A DNA stretch of 64,000 nucleotides from Haliotis rufescens (GCF_023055435.1 NW_025964334.1:57846001-57910000); one strand, 5' to 3'; positions 50,110-63,714 are shown, numbered from the stretch's first letter. The notes: a model not told the origin generated them from the letters alone. Made by a program: numbers and translations.

Positions 50110-52550
50110 AAGTTGTGAGAACAGTATTGATCAATGCAGCAAAGATCACAGGATTTTATAGTTAATGCATTCTTAAGAAGTATCTCCATTTCTTTTCAAA
50201 CATATTCAGTTTGTTGCTTCTTTTAGCAATTAATTTTTCAATGTGGCACTGAATCATTGTAATTGTTTTTTTATACTGGATAAATAAATATGTCTTTTTG
50301 CTAAAGTTATGACATGGTTTAAAAGTTTGTCACCTGATATTGAATCAATAAAAATTATATTTCATCTAGGATTATTGGATGATCATAAATTTGTTCCATA
50401 TACACTCTTAAGTCTTGTACACAAGTGAAAAATACATGTTGTCAATCTTCTCTACTAGATTGACAAAAGCAACAAATAACATCGTCAACTAATTTCATTT
50501 TTAGCAATTCTTTCTTAGTATTAATTGCTCTATGCAAAAATCTATATTGAAAATCTAACAGTTTTACATCTTTGGTACAATGTCCAAATATATAAATAAC
50601 TTTGTTCCATTGAATAGTCTGTCATGATATATCTTCCCATTTCCTGTAGATTCTTAAATGAGATATGTTACATGAAATAAAAACATCATAAAACATTCTT
50701 CCACCTTTGGATGGTTTCCGTAATGTTTTTAAACAGTTACCTAGGTCTTGATTATAAAGATATTTAGTTGGTACATCAGAAATTAGCCTTCTCAAATTAT
50801 GAGGGATATTAAATATCATTTTTTTTGTGATCTAAAAAGGTACCCTTAATATCATATACATTCTTTAAACACTCTAAAAACATAATTCCATATTAATTAC
50901 ATATATCTTTAATTTTATGGATACCTTTTTTATACCAACTCTTAATAATCAGTTTTTCATTGTTAAATTTAGGGTTAAGCCACAACGGTTGTGACAATAT
51001 ATCATAATATTCATCACTAATGACAAAACATTTATAGTATTTGACCCAAGCTGTCAACACATCTTTCCAAAAAGGATTTTCATGGTTGCTATACTTTTGT
51101 TTGTTTATATATTTCTTAAGCAATGAAAGTTTTAAAATGTTATTGAATTTACAAATATCAATCATTCTTAAACCGCCATTCTCATATTTATTTGTCGATG
51201 ATCTTTTTATCTTGTCCTTTTTATTTTTGCAAATGAAATCATCAAATAGTTTGGTTAAAGCCTTCATAAAATCTTCTACTGTTGACATTGCTAATGATTT
51301 AACATCTGTTATTTTACAAATTAAAGTTAAGTTGATTTTTTCTCCAGTTTTCTAATAATCGTTTTATATTTTCTAGTCTCTTACAGGTATTAATTACCCA
51401 AAGGTCATTTAATTAATCATTTAGGGCAATACCTAGTACATGAAAATTACCATTGTGCCAATCTAATTTTTTGTGTGAACAAAATGTAATACTACTGCCT
51501 GACATGGAACCTAACCATAGGACCTTAGTTTTGTCAATATTGATCTTTAGACCAGACATATTATAAAATGTATCAAGTATATTAAGCGCATAACATTGAC
51601 TATGTTCAGATCCATCTAAACATAATTCTGTATCATCAGCATATTGATCAATTTTGTATTCATTATCATTTAGTCTGATTCCTTTAATTTTATCATTTGT
51701 TCTAATCATTATGCCTAAAATTTCTGCCACAAGAGAGGGGCGGTCGGGTAGCCTAGTGGTTAAAGCGTTCGCTCGTCACGCCGAAGACCCGGGTTCGACA
51801 TATTTTGTTGGTTTTTCGCCTTCTCATACCAGTTAATTCTGTTTCTTATATTAATTCCTTGAATTTCTTCTTCTTTAATTTTTTCAAATTTATTTTTCAA
51901 TTGGCTGAATTCATTTAATTTATTTTCATTAATGTTTTGGAAATCTTTTCTAATAATATCCTCTATCTTAGAAATATTATTTTCAAGTTTTTCATGTTCT
52001 ATATTTATTTATCTTTTTAAATGCAGAGAAAGAAATAGATTTTCCTCTAATTTTCATCAACAATGTTTCTCGGTAGAGAGAATCGTTTATTGATAATTTA
52101 AAATCTTTTGTCATCAACAATGTTATCATTAATAAAAGATTTATCCTTGTATTCATTTTTTTGTCTCTGCAATTGTATTTTTGACAAGATCAATACAATC
52201 TTTTGGATATAAAGGAGAGGTATTAAATGTCCATTATCCGTTCCCCCTATCTTCATTTCCAGCCTTTGTTAGAGCACGGACCTATACAAGTCCGTGGTTA
52301 GAGTGAGGGAAATAACGGAGAGATCCAATGTGCATCCTTGTCTATCCTCATCTAATATATCTTGTGAGGTTAGGATTTTGTTGTTGGCGGGGATTTTTTT
52401 TCCACAATGTATATTTATTTTCTTCTTTATTCAGTTGTCTCCAAACATTCAGAAGATCTAGTTCTTCAATTTTATCCATTAATAATTTTCTTGCTTTTGA
52501 ATTATTTACATGTTTGTAGTTTTCAAGATCTACATTTGGGTTTAACACTA
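50110..52550 (-). mobile_element. Degenerate L1/Tx1-clade LINE ORF2 fragments
   Basis: Endonuclease C-terminus (LNVWRQLN..YTLW), RT (AEILGIMIR..IKGI..QYADDT), GGL, FWKDVL, QPLW and a zf-RVT-like end; frameshifts, deletions and a SINE C insertion. Confidence 0.88.
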
Positions 52551-52559
52551 CATTCCAGA

Positions 52560-52806
52560 CTGGTGAATATCTGGTGTAGAATAGCTCTTCTGCCGTGAAA
52601 GGCGACTATGCTTGTTGTAAGAGGCGACTAACGGGATCGGGTGGCCAGGCTCCCTGACTTGGTTGATGCATGTCATCAATCCCATTTGCGTGGATCAATG
52701 CTCATGATATCATTCACTGGATTGTCTGGCCCAGACTCGATTATTTACAGACCGCCGTCATATAGCTGGAATATTGTTGTGCGGCTTTAAACAACAAAAC
52801 AACAAC
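52560..52806 (+). mobile_element. Family B abutting the LINE fragment
   Basis: Homology to other copies. Confidence 0.85.
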
Positions 52807-53043
52807 TAAATTCCAATCCCCACAAATGACCGTCGAGCCATTGTCAAATTCTGCCCTTTTTGGTCATTTGTGGGGAGCGTCCGCGACCCATCTTACTTCA
52901 ATTGCACTTACCATCCAATTGTTTCCAATTTTAGGGCCCATCATTGCTGAAAATGTGCAGGGGTATCTGGTTTTGCAAAATTGCGCAGCTACATGCATTT
53001 GTGTCTGATGTTGGAATTTGATGTTGGAATTTGGACTGACCTT

Positions 53044-53520
53044 CACCCAGACAAACTTTCACAGGAGTCATTCAAACTGGGTTTTGCAAGAATTTGACTC
53101 TGCAAGGAGGTAACACAACAGGAGAAGAAGTACAGACTTATTCACTTCCAGAACCTGATGAGATTCTCTGTTTTACATGGTTTTGGCAGGGCTCGAGATT
53201 ATCATTACTCTGTCTTACGTGACTTTGAAATAGGGTACTTGAGTCGGGAAGATCAACCTGGCATAGAAGGTATATCATGGACAGCCTTACAGAAGGGTCC
53301 CGGTAGTGGGTCAAGATCTGGGTCAAGACATGGCGAGAAGGAAGATGACAGTTTCTTATATTCAGCAAGGATTAAAGTCAAAGATTCCGGAAAATTTGAA
53401 CAGATGATATACTGGAGATACAACAATGAGATGGCGGATGGTGGAGATTGCCAAACTTTTCCAAAGGGGACATGCTTGTGTTGCTTGTGAGAGTAGAGGG
53501 TTCTTCCACAAGCACAAGGC
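53044..53520 (+). pseudogene. Possible DIRS/Ngaro-type gag relic
   Basis: DKLSQESFKLGFARI*...RLIHFQNLM...ARDYHYSVLRDFEIG...CQTFPKGTC resembles ORF1 of invertebrate tyrosine-recombinase retrotransposons (recalled pattern only). Confidence 0.45.
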
Positions 53521-53619
53521 TGAACTTGAGTGTTCCAAGGCCAAACAAGATGCTTGAGTGGTGGCAATTATGATTACTGTATCTTACCTTTCTCTTTATT
53601 AATTCCCATAATTTGGTCC

Positions 53620-53977
53620 AGGTGAGGTGAGGTGAGGTGAAATTGGGTTTAACGTCTCGTCCAAGATTATTGCACTTATATAGCGACGTGCATGCACATG
53701 TGTGTGTGTGGCTGCTTGTACTAGTCCGGACTGATGCCGATTTATAGTGCTAGCTCACTGAGATACCATGCCGCAGTTTAACATGAATACCCCACTCAGA
53801 CACAGTATACTGACTCCGAGCCGACCAGTCCTTGTTTTAGCCCCTTAATGTCGAGCGCCAGACAGGGTAACAACAAGTACCATCTTTTAACGTCTTTTGG
53901 TATGACGCGGCCGGGGATCGAACCCCGGACCTTCTGCTCTCTGGGCGGACGCTCTACCACAAGACCACGGAGGCGGC
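53620..53977 (-). mobile_element. SINE family A, near-consensus copy
   Basis: Full length; TSD aatttggtccagg. Confidence 0.92.
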
Positions 53978-54099
53978 AATTTGGTCCAGGAATGAGGAAG
54001 ATAATACTGTTGGGGACAGAAAATACCTGTACCTTTAAGACTGAATATTGTGCTGTGGTGTCATTATTGATGTGCACATAAAGTCAGTGTTCTAACCCA

Positions 54100-55053
54100 C
54101 TAAGCCACACTTGTCAGAGGGGTAGCCACACTTGTTAGAGGGGTAGCCACACTTGTTAGAGGGGTAGACACACTTGTCAGAGGGGTAGCCATACTTGTTT
54201 GAGGGGTAGCCACACTTGTCCGAGGGGTAGCCACACTTGTCCGAGGGGTAGCCACACTGGTCAGAGGGGTAGCCACACTTGTCAGAAGGGTAGCCACACT
54301 TGTTAGAGGGGTAGCCACACTTGTCAGAGGGGTAGCCACACTTGTCAGAGGGGTGGCCACACTTGTCAGAGGGGTGGCCACACTTGTCAGAGGGGTAGCC
54401 ACACTTGTCAGAGGGGTGGCCACACTTGTCAGAGGGGTAGCCACACTTGTCAGAGGGGTAGACACACTTGTCAGAGGGGTAGCCACACTTGTCAGAGGGG
54501 TAGACACACTTGTCAGAGGGATAGACACACTTGTCAGAGGGGTAGACACACTTGTCAGAGGGGTAGCCACACTTGTCAGAGGGGTAAACACACTTGTCAG
54601 AGGGGTAGCCACACTTGTCAGAGGGGTAAACACACTTGTCAGAGGGGTAGCCACACTTGTCAGAGGGGTAGCCACACTTGTCAGAAGGGTAGACACACTT
54701 GTCAGAGGGGTAGCCACACTTGTCAGAGGGGTAAACACACTTGTCAGAGGGGTAGCCACACTTGTCAGAGGGGTAGCCACACTTGTCAGAAGGGTAGACA
54801 CACTTGTCAGAGGGGTAGACACACTTGTCACAGGGGTAGCCACACTTGTCAGAGGGGTAGCCACACTTGTCAGAAGGGTAGCCACACTTGTCAGAGGGGT
54901 AGCCACACTTGTCAGAAGGGTAGCCGCACTTGTCAGAGGGGTAGACACACTTGTCAGAGGGGTAGCCACACTTGTCAGAGGGGTAGTCACACTTGTCAGA
55001 GGGGTAGACACACTTGTCAGAGGGGTAGACACACTTGTCAGAGGGGTAGCCAC
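54100..55053. repeat. 21-bp minisatellite, about 45 copies
   Basis: Unit gccacacttgtcagaggggta. Confidence 0.97.
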
Positions 55054-55099
55054 AAAGACGTGATCAAGACTACCAGTTGTTTGACTTCCATTTTTGTCG

Positions 55100-55225
55100 A
55101 AGCCTCGGTGGCTGAGTGGGTTAGAACGCTGACTTTGTGAGCTGGCGATTAGGTGCCTCACTCTGACAGTGTGGGTTGAAATCCCGGATGGGACTCAACC
55201 GCACAATGTACGAGAACCTGTACAT
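55100..55225 (+). mobile_element. tRNA-derived SINE head of another family
   Basis: TGGCTGAGTGG A box and GGTTGAAATCC B box, without a cloverleaf. Confidence 0.55.
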
Positions 55226-56435
55226 TACTAAGTAAGTGTTATCCTTTGTTACATTTGACCACTCTCTATATGGCATTGTGTGTTCATCCCTGATGATTGT
55301 CTCACATTTGTGTGTGACTGGCAGCATCAGTTACATCAGCTTCAGATGAATGTTACAGGGGCCCAGGAGACTGCGTATTCCACAGGACACTCTACCGATG
55401 TTTCTCACTGGAACACATGTTTTGCCTTATGTTTGTACTTTCAGTTGTTACCTGTGCCTGCGTCTCTCAAGGTCATGGTTTTGTTCCTGCAATGTATGAG
55501 CTGGACTGTGTCATCGTATAATATGTCAGTAACATTGTGTCTGGTGTAAGACAGTGACGTGCATGGACTGGTTTCACATTTACATGAAGCATCGAAGGTT
55601 TTTACTACTCATCTAAGAGGTCTGAGGAGGCAAACAGATTTGGAACTTCTGACTTCAACGGAACACCCTAGAAGATATCTTGGCTACCCGGTAGGATGCG
55701 ATGATTGTGGTGGTTAACCTTCTAGCGCCTAACAGGCAGTTGGGTTGTATACTCCCCAGGGAGCTGAGAATGATTGTTGAATGCACACTGATCCATTGAT
55801 CCAAATTTCATACTCTGTCATACAGACCCAGAAACAAATATAAGCAATAAAGCCCCTGTAAGTCTATATTAGTGGGCAAGTCTAGATTACTGCATTATCT
55901 GAAAATGAAGAGTCTCTGGGCTCCTTTTTATTATATTTTTATTAAGATAATTTAACTGTTTTTTTCTGTAAGATATGTTCATATCAGAGACTAGATGTTA
56001 GTCTACAAATTTCACTACGTTTTGAACATGGTCATATGTAGGTTTTTCAATATGGCTGCCATGGCATCAATACTGAATATCAGATTCAAACCTGTTGGAC
56101 AAACTGAAGTGTGGTCATTGGAGGGACAACCATGTGAAGTTTCAGTTTGGGTCCTGTTACTGCAGAGGAGATGATTACTGTATGACACACAACGGACTGA
56201 CAGGTCTAGGCATAAGTCCACTTCACTTTCCGTCAGGTGTTAGCTCGTCACGTAGACCGGGGTTCGATTCCCGACATGGGTACAATGTGTGAAGCCCATT
56301 TCTGGTGTCCCCGCTGTGATATTGCTGGAATATGAGCTAAAGAGACATTTTGTTCTGCCAGAACTATTTTATGCCTTTTCACAACGTTAACATTGCAATC
56401 ATGGACTTATGGAACACATTATCCTTTGATATAGG

Positions 56436-56691
56436 AGTGAGTGAGTGAGTGAGTGAGTGAGTTGGGTTTTCCACTGCTTTAAACAGTATTCCAGTTACAT
56501 CACTGTGCGTATAGCAATGCATGTCTTGGAAATTTGTAAAGTCATGAGCTGATGAGCCTAGAAACATAGTCGGAGTGAAAAAGAATTTGAACCCACGATC
56601 TAGGTTTCTGGCATGCCCAAGGGACACAACTCTGCACAGCAAATTGCGACACCTTAGACGACTAGGCCACCCGTGCAACCCGTGCCCCCCC
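56436..56691 (-). mobile_element. SINE family D (other partial copies at about 6720-6910, 44740-44902, 45505-45660)
   Basis: Homology to 47467-47752. Confidence 0.8.
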
Positions 56692-58050
56692 TTGATACAG
56701 TAACAAAAACAACATCAACTCGTGGATTCAGGTTAAATCTGTTTATTCCCATTGTCCAGAAACAAACCCACACGTCCACCATGCGTGAAGGACTAGCTAC
56801 AAGCCGAGTACATTTCACCCATCACTCTACAAGCGTTCGGACAGGCACTTGACATACAGATGTCCAACATAGGTCACGGCGCTTTAACAATGTCGTCCCA
56901 CTCTTTGTGTTACTGATCAACAATCTGTTCAATGAATATATAGTCCCTGTGTTAAAATAATACTGAAGAGAAACAGATTAAAAGAATACACCAATTCAAG
57001 ATTTGTTTGCTTCTGGTTAAAAAAGAGCATTGGTAAATAAAGTTTGTACGTTGTTTTAAAAAAATCAACTTTTGGGAATAAAAAAAATAATTCACAATAA
57101 TTATTGTTACCAATGTAAAAACAAGTATCTTAGACATTCAAGAATTTTGAAATCTTATTAAATGAGTAAATCTCTGAGATATCAAGATTTTTTGTCAACA
57201 CGCAAACATTATAGCCCAAAATTATGGTTATCCAAAGGCTTATGGAAAATATTAGCTCTGTACACTCGAGTTCTTAATATGAAAGTATTTGTAAACGTGC
57301 AACATCCTCCATACATATCATAAAACAAAGAGGGAACGATCAACTTCAACAGAACCCTTACTCAGCAAATATCAACAGTTGTGGGTTATCTCCCCTACAA
57401 CGGCATCGGACATAACAATCACACACTGCTACATGTGGAACAACTAGTCACGAGTCTGTGGCGACACCTACATGAACTATCATACAATGCTAATGAACTG
57501 CAAATGACTTCATAAAAATTCATGTACACTTATTCACATATATTTCAAAACTATGAAATGATATCAAAACAATATGTTGAAATAATAAATATTCATTTTC
57601 AAGTTTGTTCTACATCAATTCCACAATAGATAGTGTTCAAGTCATATTCCTTAATGCCGTGATGAACTTGCCGACTTTCTAGATAGAATACATATATACA
57701 CTATTTACATAATCACACACATAACTTTCCAATATTTCATACAAATTGAAATCAAATCTTCCATTATTAAAGCAGAATTTATTAAAGGTAATCAAGCTTA
57801 CTTTAATAGAATTCAGGTTGAATTTAACAAACTTGATTTCAATTCTTGCTAAAAACTCTTTCAATCTGACTAGTCAACATATAAATGATAACATAAATAA
57901 TACAATACACAAATATGTACTCGTCTATTATACAAATCAGTGTTGAGGTTAAACATAGGACTGGAAGCACTATTGGGCAAATTAACATGACTAGCACCTG
58001 CTCTATCGACCTGTCTGACTGCACCAGAAAAACAATATATGACCACAATT

Positions 58051-58976
58051 GGTGTCTTTAAGAGTCCCTCGACCCAGATACCAAGGCCCCGACCACCATG
58101 GGTGTCTAAAGAGTCCCTCGACCCAGATACCAAGGCCCCGACCACCATGGGTGTCTAAAGAGTTTCCAGACCCAGATACCAAGGCCCCGACCACCATGGG
58201 TGTCTTTAAGAGTTTCCAGACCCAGATACCAAGGCCCCGACCACCATGGGTGTCTAAAGAGTCCCTCGACCCAGATATCAAGGCCCTGACCACCATGGGT
58301 GTCTAAAGAGTCCCTTGACCCAGATACCAAGGCCCCGACCACCATGGGTGTCTAAAGAGTTTCCAGACCCAGATACCAAGGCCCCGACCACCATGGGTGT
58401 CTTTAAGAGTTTCCAGACCCAGATACCAAGGCCCTGACCACCATGGGTGTCTTTAAGAGTTTCCAGACCCAGATACCAAGGCCCTGACCACCATGGGTGT
58501 CTTTAAGAGTTTCCAGACCCAGATATCAAGGCCCTGACCACCATGGGTGTCTTTAAGAGTCCCTCGACCTAGATACCAAGGCCCTGACCACCATGGGTGT
58601 CTTTAAGAGTTTCCAGACCCAGATATCAAGGCCCTGACGACCATGGGTGTCTTTAAGAGTCCCTCGACCCAGATACCAAGGCCCCGACCACCATGGGTGT
58701 CTAAAGAGTTTCCAGACCCAGATACCAAGGCCCCGACCACCATGGGTGTCTAAAGAGTTTCCAGACCCAGATACCAAGGCCCTGACCACCATGGGTGTCT
58801 TTAAGAGTCCCTCCACCCAGATACCAAGGCCCTGACCACCATGGGTGTCTAAAGAGTCCCTCGACCCAGATACCAAGGCCCCGACCACCATGGGTGTCTA
58901 AAGAGTTTCCAGACCCAGATACCAAGGCCCTGACCACCATGGGTGTCTAAAGAGTCTCCAGACCCAGATACCAAGA
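58051..58976. repeat. 48-50-bp minisatellite, about 19 copies
   Basis: Unit ggtgtct(t/a)aagagt(ccctc/ttcca)gacccagataccaaggccc(c/t)gaccaccatg. Confidence 0.97.
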
Positions 58977-60940
58977 CTAGTTCACCAGAGTCATTAGAAT
59001 CAGAAAGCAAGAGCCTGACTACACAGAATGTCTTACAAATTCTCCTGAATTAGAAAATGAGGTGTTGACTATACCGGTAAGTTTCTTAAAGATGTTGTCC
59101 CCTTCAGCCTGACCACCACAGTTTATCTTAAGGGGACTTATCTCCATAAAATATGCTGGGTCTGCATTATATAAAACAAGTTCCTTGTGAGGAACTATAG
59201 ACCTTATGTGAGGTCAATACCTGGTTTTATTGACCTTGTATTGACCTCGTATAACGCCTATCATTGTTTTATTATATAATATAGAGACAAAAGTTACACC
59301 CCAGAGACATCTGATTGGCTTAGGTTTGGGAAATACAACTTCTGGGTAATTCCCATTCTATTTTTAGTAACTCAAGTCAAAACCCTAAATTATCAGACCT
59401 GACTTCAAGTCAATGTGTGTTTTTGTCAAATGATCACTTCTTGGCCAATGACTATGATGGAAAACTTTGCATTATGTAATGAAATCCATTTTCGCCTTGA
59501 GTGGTGACCACATATAAACATGGACGACACCATCACGGTCAGGATGACGGCACGGATGTTGGTTAACCTATGGTGATCATGGCTCGGTAGGTAAATGTGT
59601 TATATCACGGGTACTATCATGACGAGTGATGCTATAATGAGAAATATTCAACATCTTTTAAAAGCTGATAACATCAAATATTCTTGGTTGACAGAGAGGA
59701 CAAATTCTCTTTTTATAAATTAACCTAAAGGCAGACTCTCATTCAAAATGTCTCTGTGTAGACAAACACAGTAGAAACCTCTGCTAAATAAATCAGCATT
59801 AAGACATACCAGCTATACCTGCAAACAATATTCCCCCGACTGTGAAACCCAGTCCTCCTGTGACAGTATCAGAAGTCTTACCGGGGAGTCATAAAACATG
59901 TGTTAGATATCACCATATAACTTACACAGAGCTTGTGTCATTGACAATAAGTACAATTAAGCCTGGGCCACTACCGAGGAACAATCTCCCTTTTAGGTAA
60001 GTAGAGCTTCGACCAGATTGACCACTAGGATTCAACCGTCTGGTTTAAACACTTTAATGAGGCCAGACTGATGTAATTGCTTGTTGACCTGAATATTATA
60101 TAAAAACCAGACACCCAAACAGCAAAAGCTATAGATCTGTATCTGCAGCCTTTATACACCTGTTCTACGATCTGCATTAAATATGTGGCGGCCTGGTGTA
60201 GAAAACGTTCTATTGCCCCCATGGCACGAGGTCACATGGTCAATGCACAATCGTCACCTTAGTGGTGCTGCTTCTTACACATCTAATGCTGGAACGTCTT
60301 GTATTCAATGGAAGGGAATATTTGTCACAAAACACTATGCTGCTTTAGCTGAACGTATAAACAGTAATCAGTTATTCACATGTTGGTCATTTTCAAACTA
60401 TACACAAAATTTCAATGGTTTTCCTTGTGTTGAATGCTTTGTAACACTTTTTAATCTTTGCGTTTAAATTACTAAACTGATATTATGTCATTAAAAGTCT
60501 TTGTATTCTTGGCATCTGTTGTTTGTTTGTTGATTAACGCCACACTGCAATATTCCAGCCATACCATATTAACCTGGAAATAATCCAGACAAACAATCCA
60601 GTGACTGACACGCCGTGAGCACGATCCATGTCATCGGGGAAAGGGACACAACCACGTGACCGAGCCTGGCCACCCGAACCTATAGTCACAAGGAACAGAG
60701 TGGACCAGCCTATTTCAACCAGGATCTCCATTGGGTGCCTGGTCCATAGGAGGATCCAGAGGGTCCGGCCCCATCCTTTGAAAACCAAACGTAGTATGTT
60801 GAAGGCAGTAGTGACAGAGAGGATTTTGATATTTTCGACCCCTCCCTTTGGACAATGCTGGACCCGCCCTTGTGGTATCCATGTTTCATAGCCTTACAAT
60901 GGACATCGGTCATTCTGTTCCCATGTATATCATCAGTAGG

Positions 60941-61194
60941 GAAGATCCGGGGTAGAATAGGTCTTCAGCAACCCATGCTTACCGTTAAAAGCGACTATGC
61001 TTGTCGTAAAAGGCGACTAACAGATCGGGTGGTCAGGCTTGCTGACTTGGTTGATGCATGTCATCAATCTCAATTGTGTGGATCGATGCTCATGATGTCT
61101 GTCACTGGATTGTCTGGTCCAGACTCGATTATTTAGTCCGCAATCTCATAACTGGAATATTGCTGAGTGCGGCGTTAAACAACAAACAAACAAA
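60941..61194 (+). mobile_element. Family B, slightly 5'-truncated (a diverged - strand remnant lies at about 60518-60680)
   Basis: TSD atcagtaggga. Confidence 0.88.
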
Positions 61195-62596
61195 AAATCA
61201 GTAGGGATATAAAAAATACAAAATTTGGACGAATTGTCAACACATTGCCAGTAAATACTTCACATAGTAGATAAGAGTAAACAATGTAGGTATATACATA
61301 TATATGCAAGGTGACATTGTATTGTCAGTGAGTGGCTGTGGAAGAAGCTGCAGAGTATTAGGAATAGTAAAGCTGCATCAAGGGGTGCAGAAGTATTGAG
61401 ATTCAATATGTCCACATTTCAAAGTTCTGAAAAAAAAACTGAAATGAGACTGATAGTAGTAGATGAGAATGGATTGAAAAATGTTCTCATAACACTGAGA
61501 TCGTGAAAACAAAGATATTGCACAATTTGGGTAATATCAAATGAAAATGAAGTGATTTTAGTTTCAAAATTTTGTTGGTTCATCCTCATGAGTAATGAGT
61601 AATTAAAACTTTAAAGAATGGTCAATGACATCATCAGCGACACATTCTTACCGGGAATAGTAGCGGAGATACAAATGAGATATGAAATGAAAATGTTGCG
61701 TTGAGCAATGCCAGAACATATGGTTCGACTCTTCACGTGGGAATTCTTGCTGCGAAACTGTGATGTAATGTTCTCGAAAATAATCACTCTCAGATTTATC
61801 TAACAAAAGACAGAATCGGAGATGTGATCATGTGATACACTGAGCACCAACATTGTTGTGTATCACAAGAAATAGCAAGAATGTTTATGCTGCCGGTGAC
61901 ACAACTACTTTTGTATTATGATGAAAGAGTGAGAATCTGGAGTTGGTGGCATGTTTTGAACATGTGATAACAAACTCGTCCATCACCTTCAAAACCAACT
62001 TATTCACCTCTGTGGCATACAGTTCTTAATCAATTAAGATTTTGTTACCATTCAAAACTTTTTCATAATTAAATTAACATTAATCTGATAATTCATAATA
62101 TTAAAATATTTACTTTCAAAAATGTAAAGCAGAACAAATTTTCCTTTTCCTTTTAATACAGAAACAAAAGTAAATGAATAAAATCAAAACAATATTCATA
62201 GTTGATTTCAAATACAAGAACATCAACATGTCGGACCTCACACTTACTTGACACAATTGGTATCACAAGTTTATTAAGCAATGTTTATTAAGTTTATTAA
62301 GCTATGCAAAGCATTTGCAATAACGCCCACCACCAAGGCTGAGATTTGGAGAGTGAAAGATAAAAACAGTAGCTGTGCACGAAGGACAGGCAACGAAAAA
62401 ACGTGAAAGTCTTACAAAATACAAATCAACATTTTGAAGAAAGGGAGGCAACTCTTTCTATAAAACACTGCTACAACACAAGAGAAGATATCTATTGGAA
62501 GATGCACCCAAGTATTCATGGACCAGAAGTTTGCCATGATCATTTGCTTCAGTGTGCCATTTTGAAAATCTTATTGCATAGTTCAAATCTAATGGG

Positions 62597-62757
62597 AGAG
62601 TTTATCAGGGGATTCCCAAGGGTGAGTTTATCAGAGGATTCCCAAGGGTGAGTTTATCAGAGGATTCCCAAGGGTGAGTTAATCAGAGGATTCCAAAGGG
62701 TGAGTTAATCAGGGGATTCAAAAAAGTGAATTTATCAGGGGATTCAAAAAGGTGAGT
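62597..62757. repeat. 26-bp tandem repeat, about 6 copies
   Basis: Unit gggtgagtttatcagaggattcccaa. Confidence 0.9.
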
Positions 62758-62827
62758 CTACACATATTGGGATTCAATCCTAACATTTTTATGTGACCAA
62801 AAACACCCAAACTAAGGCTAACCATCC

Positions 62828-63428
62828 CAATCTCAGTAAAATCAGATCTAAGTTCTCGCTGCCGCAAAACAAAGATCTGAGGACATCCCATTACGGGTCA
62901 CGTCAGAACAACCTTTTGCGAACTTTGACCAACCATTGAAATGACTAACAAGAAGTCGACATCAGCCAATTAGAAAGCAGCCTTCTTGAACTTTACAGCA
63001 CTCATTTCAACCTGGCGACTTTCATTTCAGACTACGCTTGAAAAATATGTTGACACAGTTCTCAATTAAAATTTTGAAAACTGAACAAACGAACATCCCG
63101 GAATGTCTAATATATGGTAGAGATTGTATAACAGCGCTTCCCACGTACTGTGCAATGCCTCCTCTGTTTAAATGTTTATCCCAATGGGAAACGAAATAAT
63201 TTTGACTTGAATCAGTTGTATCGGCTGCAACTGTTGTTCAGAATACCCTGTATTAATGTTTTCAAGGTTGCATGATTAGAAAACACATTCCGACTGTCAC
63301 TTTCATGATCTGGTAAGCAACGCTTTGATTGGTCGGATGAAAGGTCGTTCTGACGTTACCCATAATGGGATATCCTCAGATCTTTGTTAAGCGATAGAGA
63401 GTACTTAGATCTGATTGTAATGAGATTG
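62828..63428. mobile_element. Same MULE-like MITE family, opposite orientation, with an internal insertion
   Basis: 10-bp TSD ctaaccatcc. A solo end fragment is also present at about 49086-49150. Confidence 0.88.
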
Positions 63429-63490
63429 CTAACCATCCCATCCTCCCTTAAACTGTTAAACAACTCTTCTCTACCTCGGCTTGGGAGGTA

Positions 63491-63603
63491 TCAGTATTTT
63501 CCTTCAGCAAAAGATTCTTCGATAGCCTTGGACCAGTGTTTTTGTTTTGTCATGACCTGCTGGCATTCCTCACTGGTGAGATAACGACTGACGCGACGGA
63601 TAA
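63491..63603 (-). CDS. Possible terminal coding exon of an unidentified gene (IRRVSRYLTSEECQQVMTKQKHWSKAIEESFAEGKY*)
   Basis: Open, protein-like, GC-richer segment after an aag acceptor preceded by TTAAC. No family recognised. Confidence 0.3.
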
Positions 63604-63714
63604 CTTGACATGTATGGGGTTAATGGGATGACTTGACATGGATGGGGTTAATGGGATGACTTAACATGGATGGGGTTAATGGGATGACTTGACATGGATG
63701 GGGTTAATGGGATG
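63603..63714. repeat. 28-bp tandem repeat x4
   Basis: Unit acttgacatggatggggttaatgggatg. Confidence 0.92.

Noticed and set aside
57650-57680. Short minus-strand terminal exon (KSASSSRH*) linked to the 63.5-kb segment
   Set aside because: The upstream segment already ends in a stop codon, and there is no supporting homology.
57870-58940. Multiple overlapping ORFs
   Set aside because: Minisatellite translations with frameshifting units.
62597-62757. Another splice-donor array (AGG|GTGAGT per unit, + strand)
   Set aside because: No plus-strand exon or gene supports it; kept as a plain repeat.
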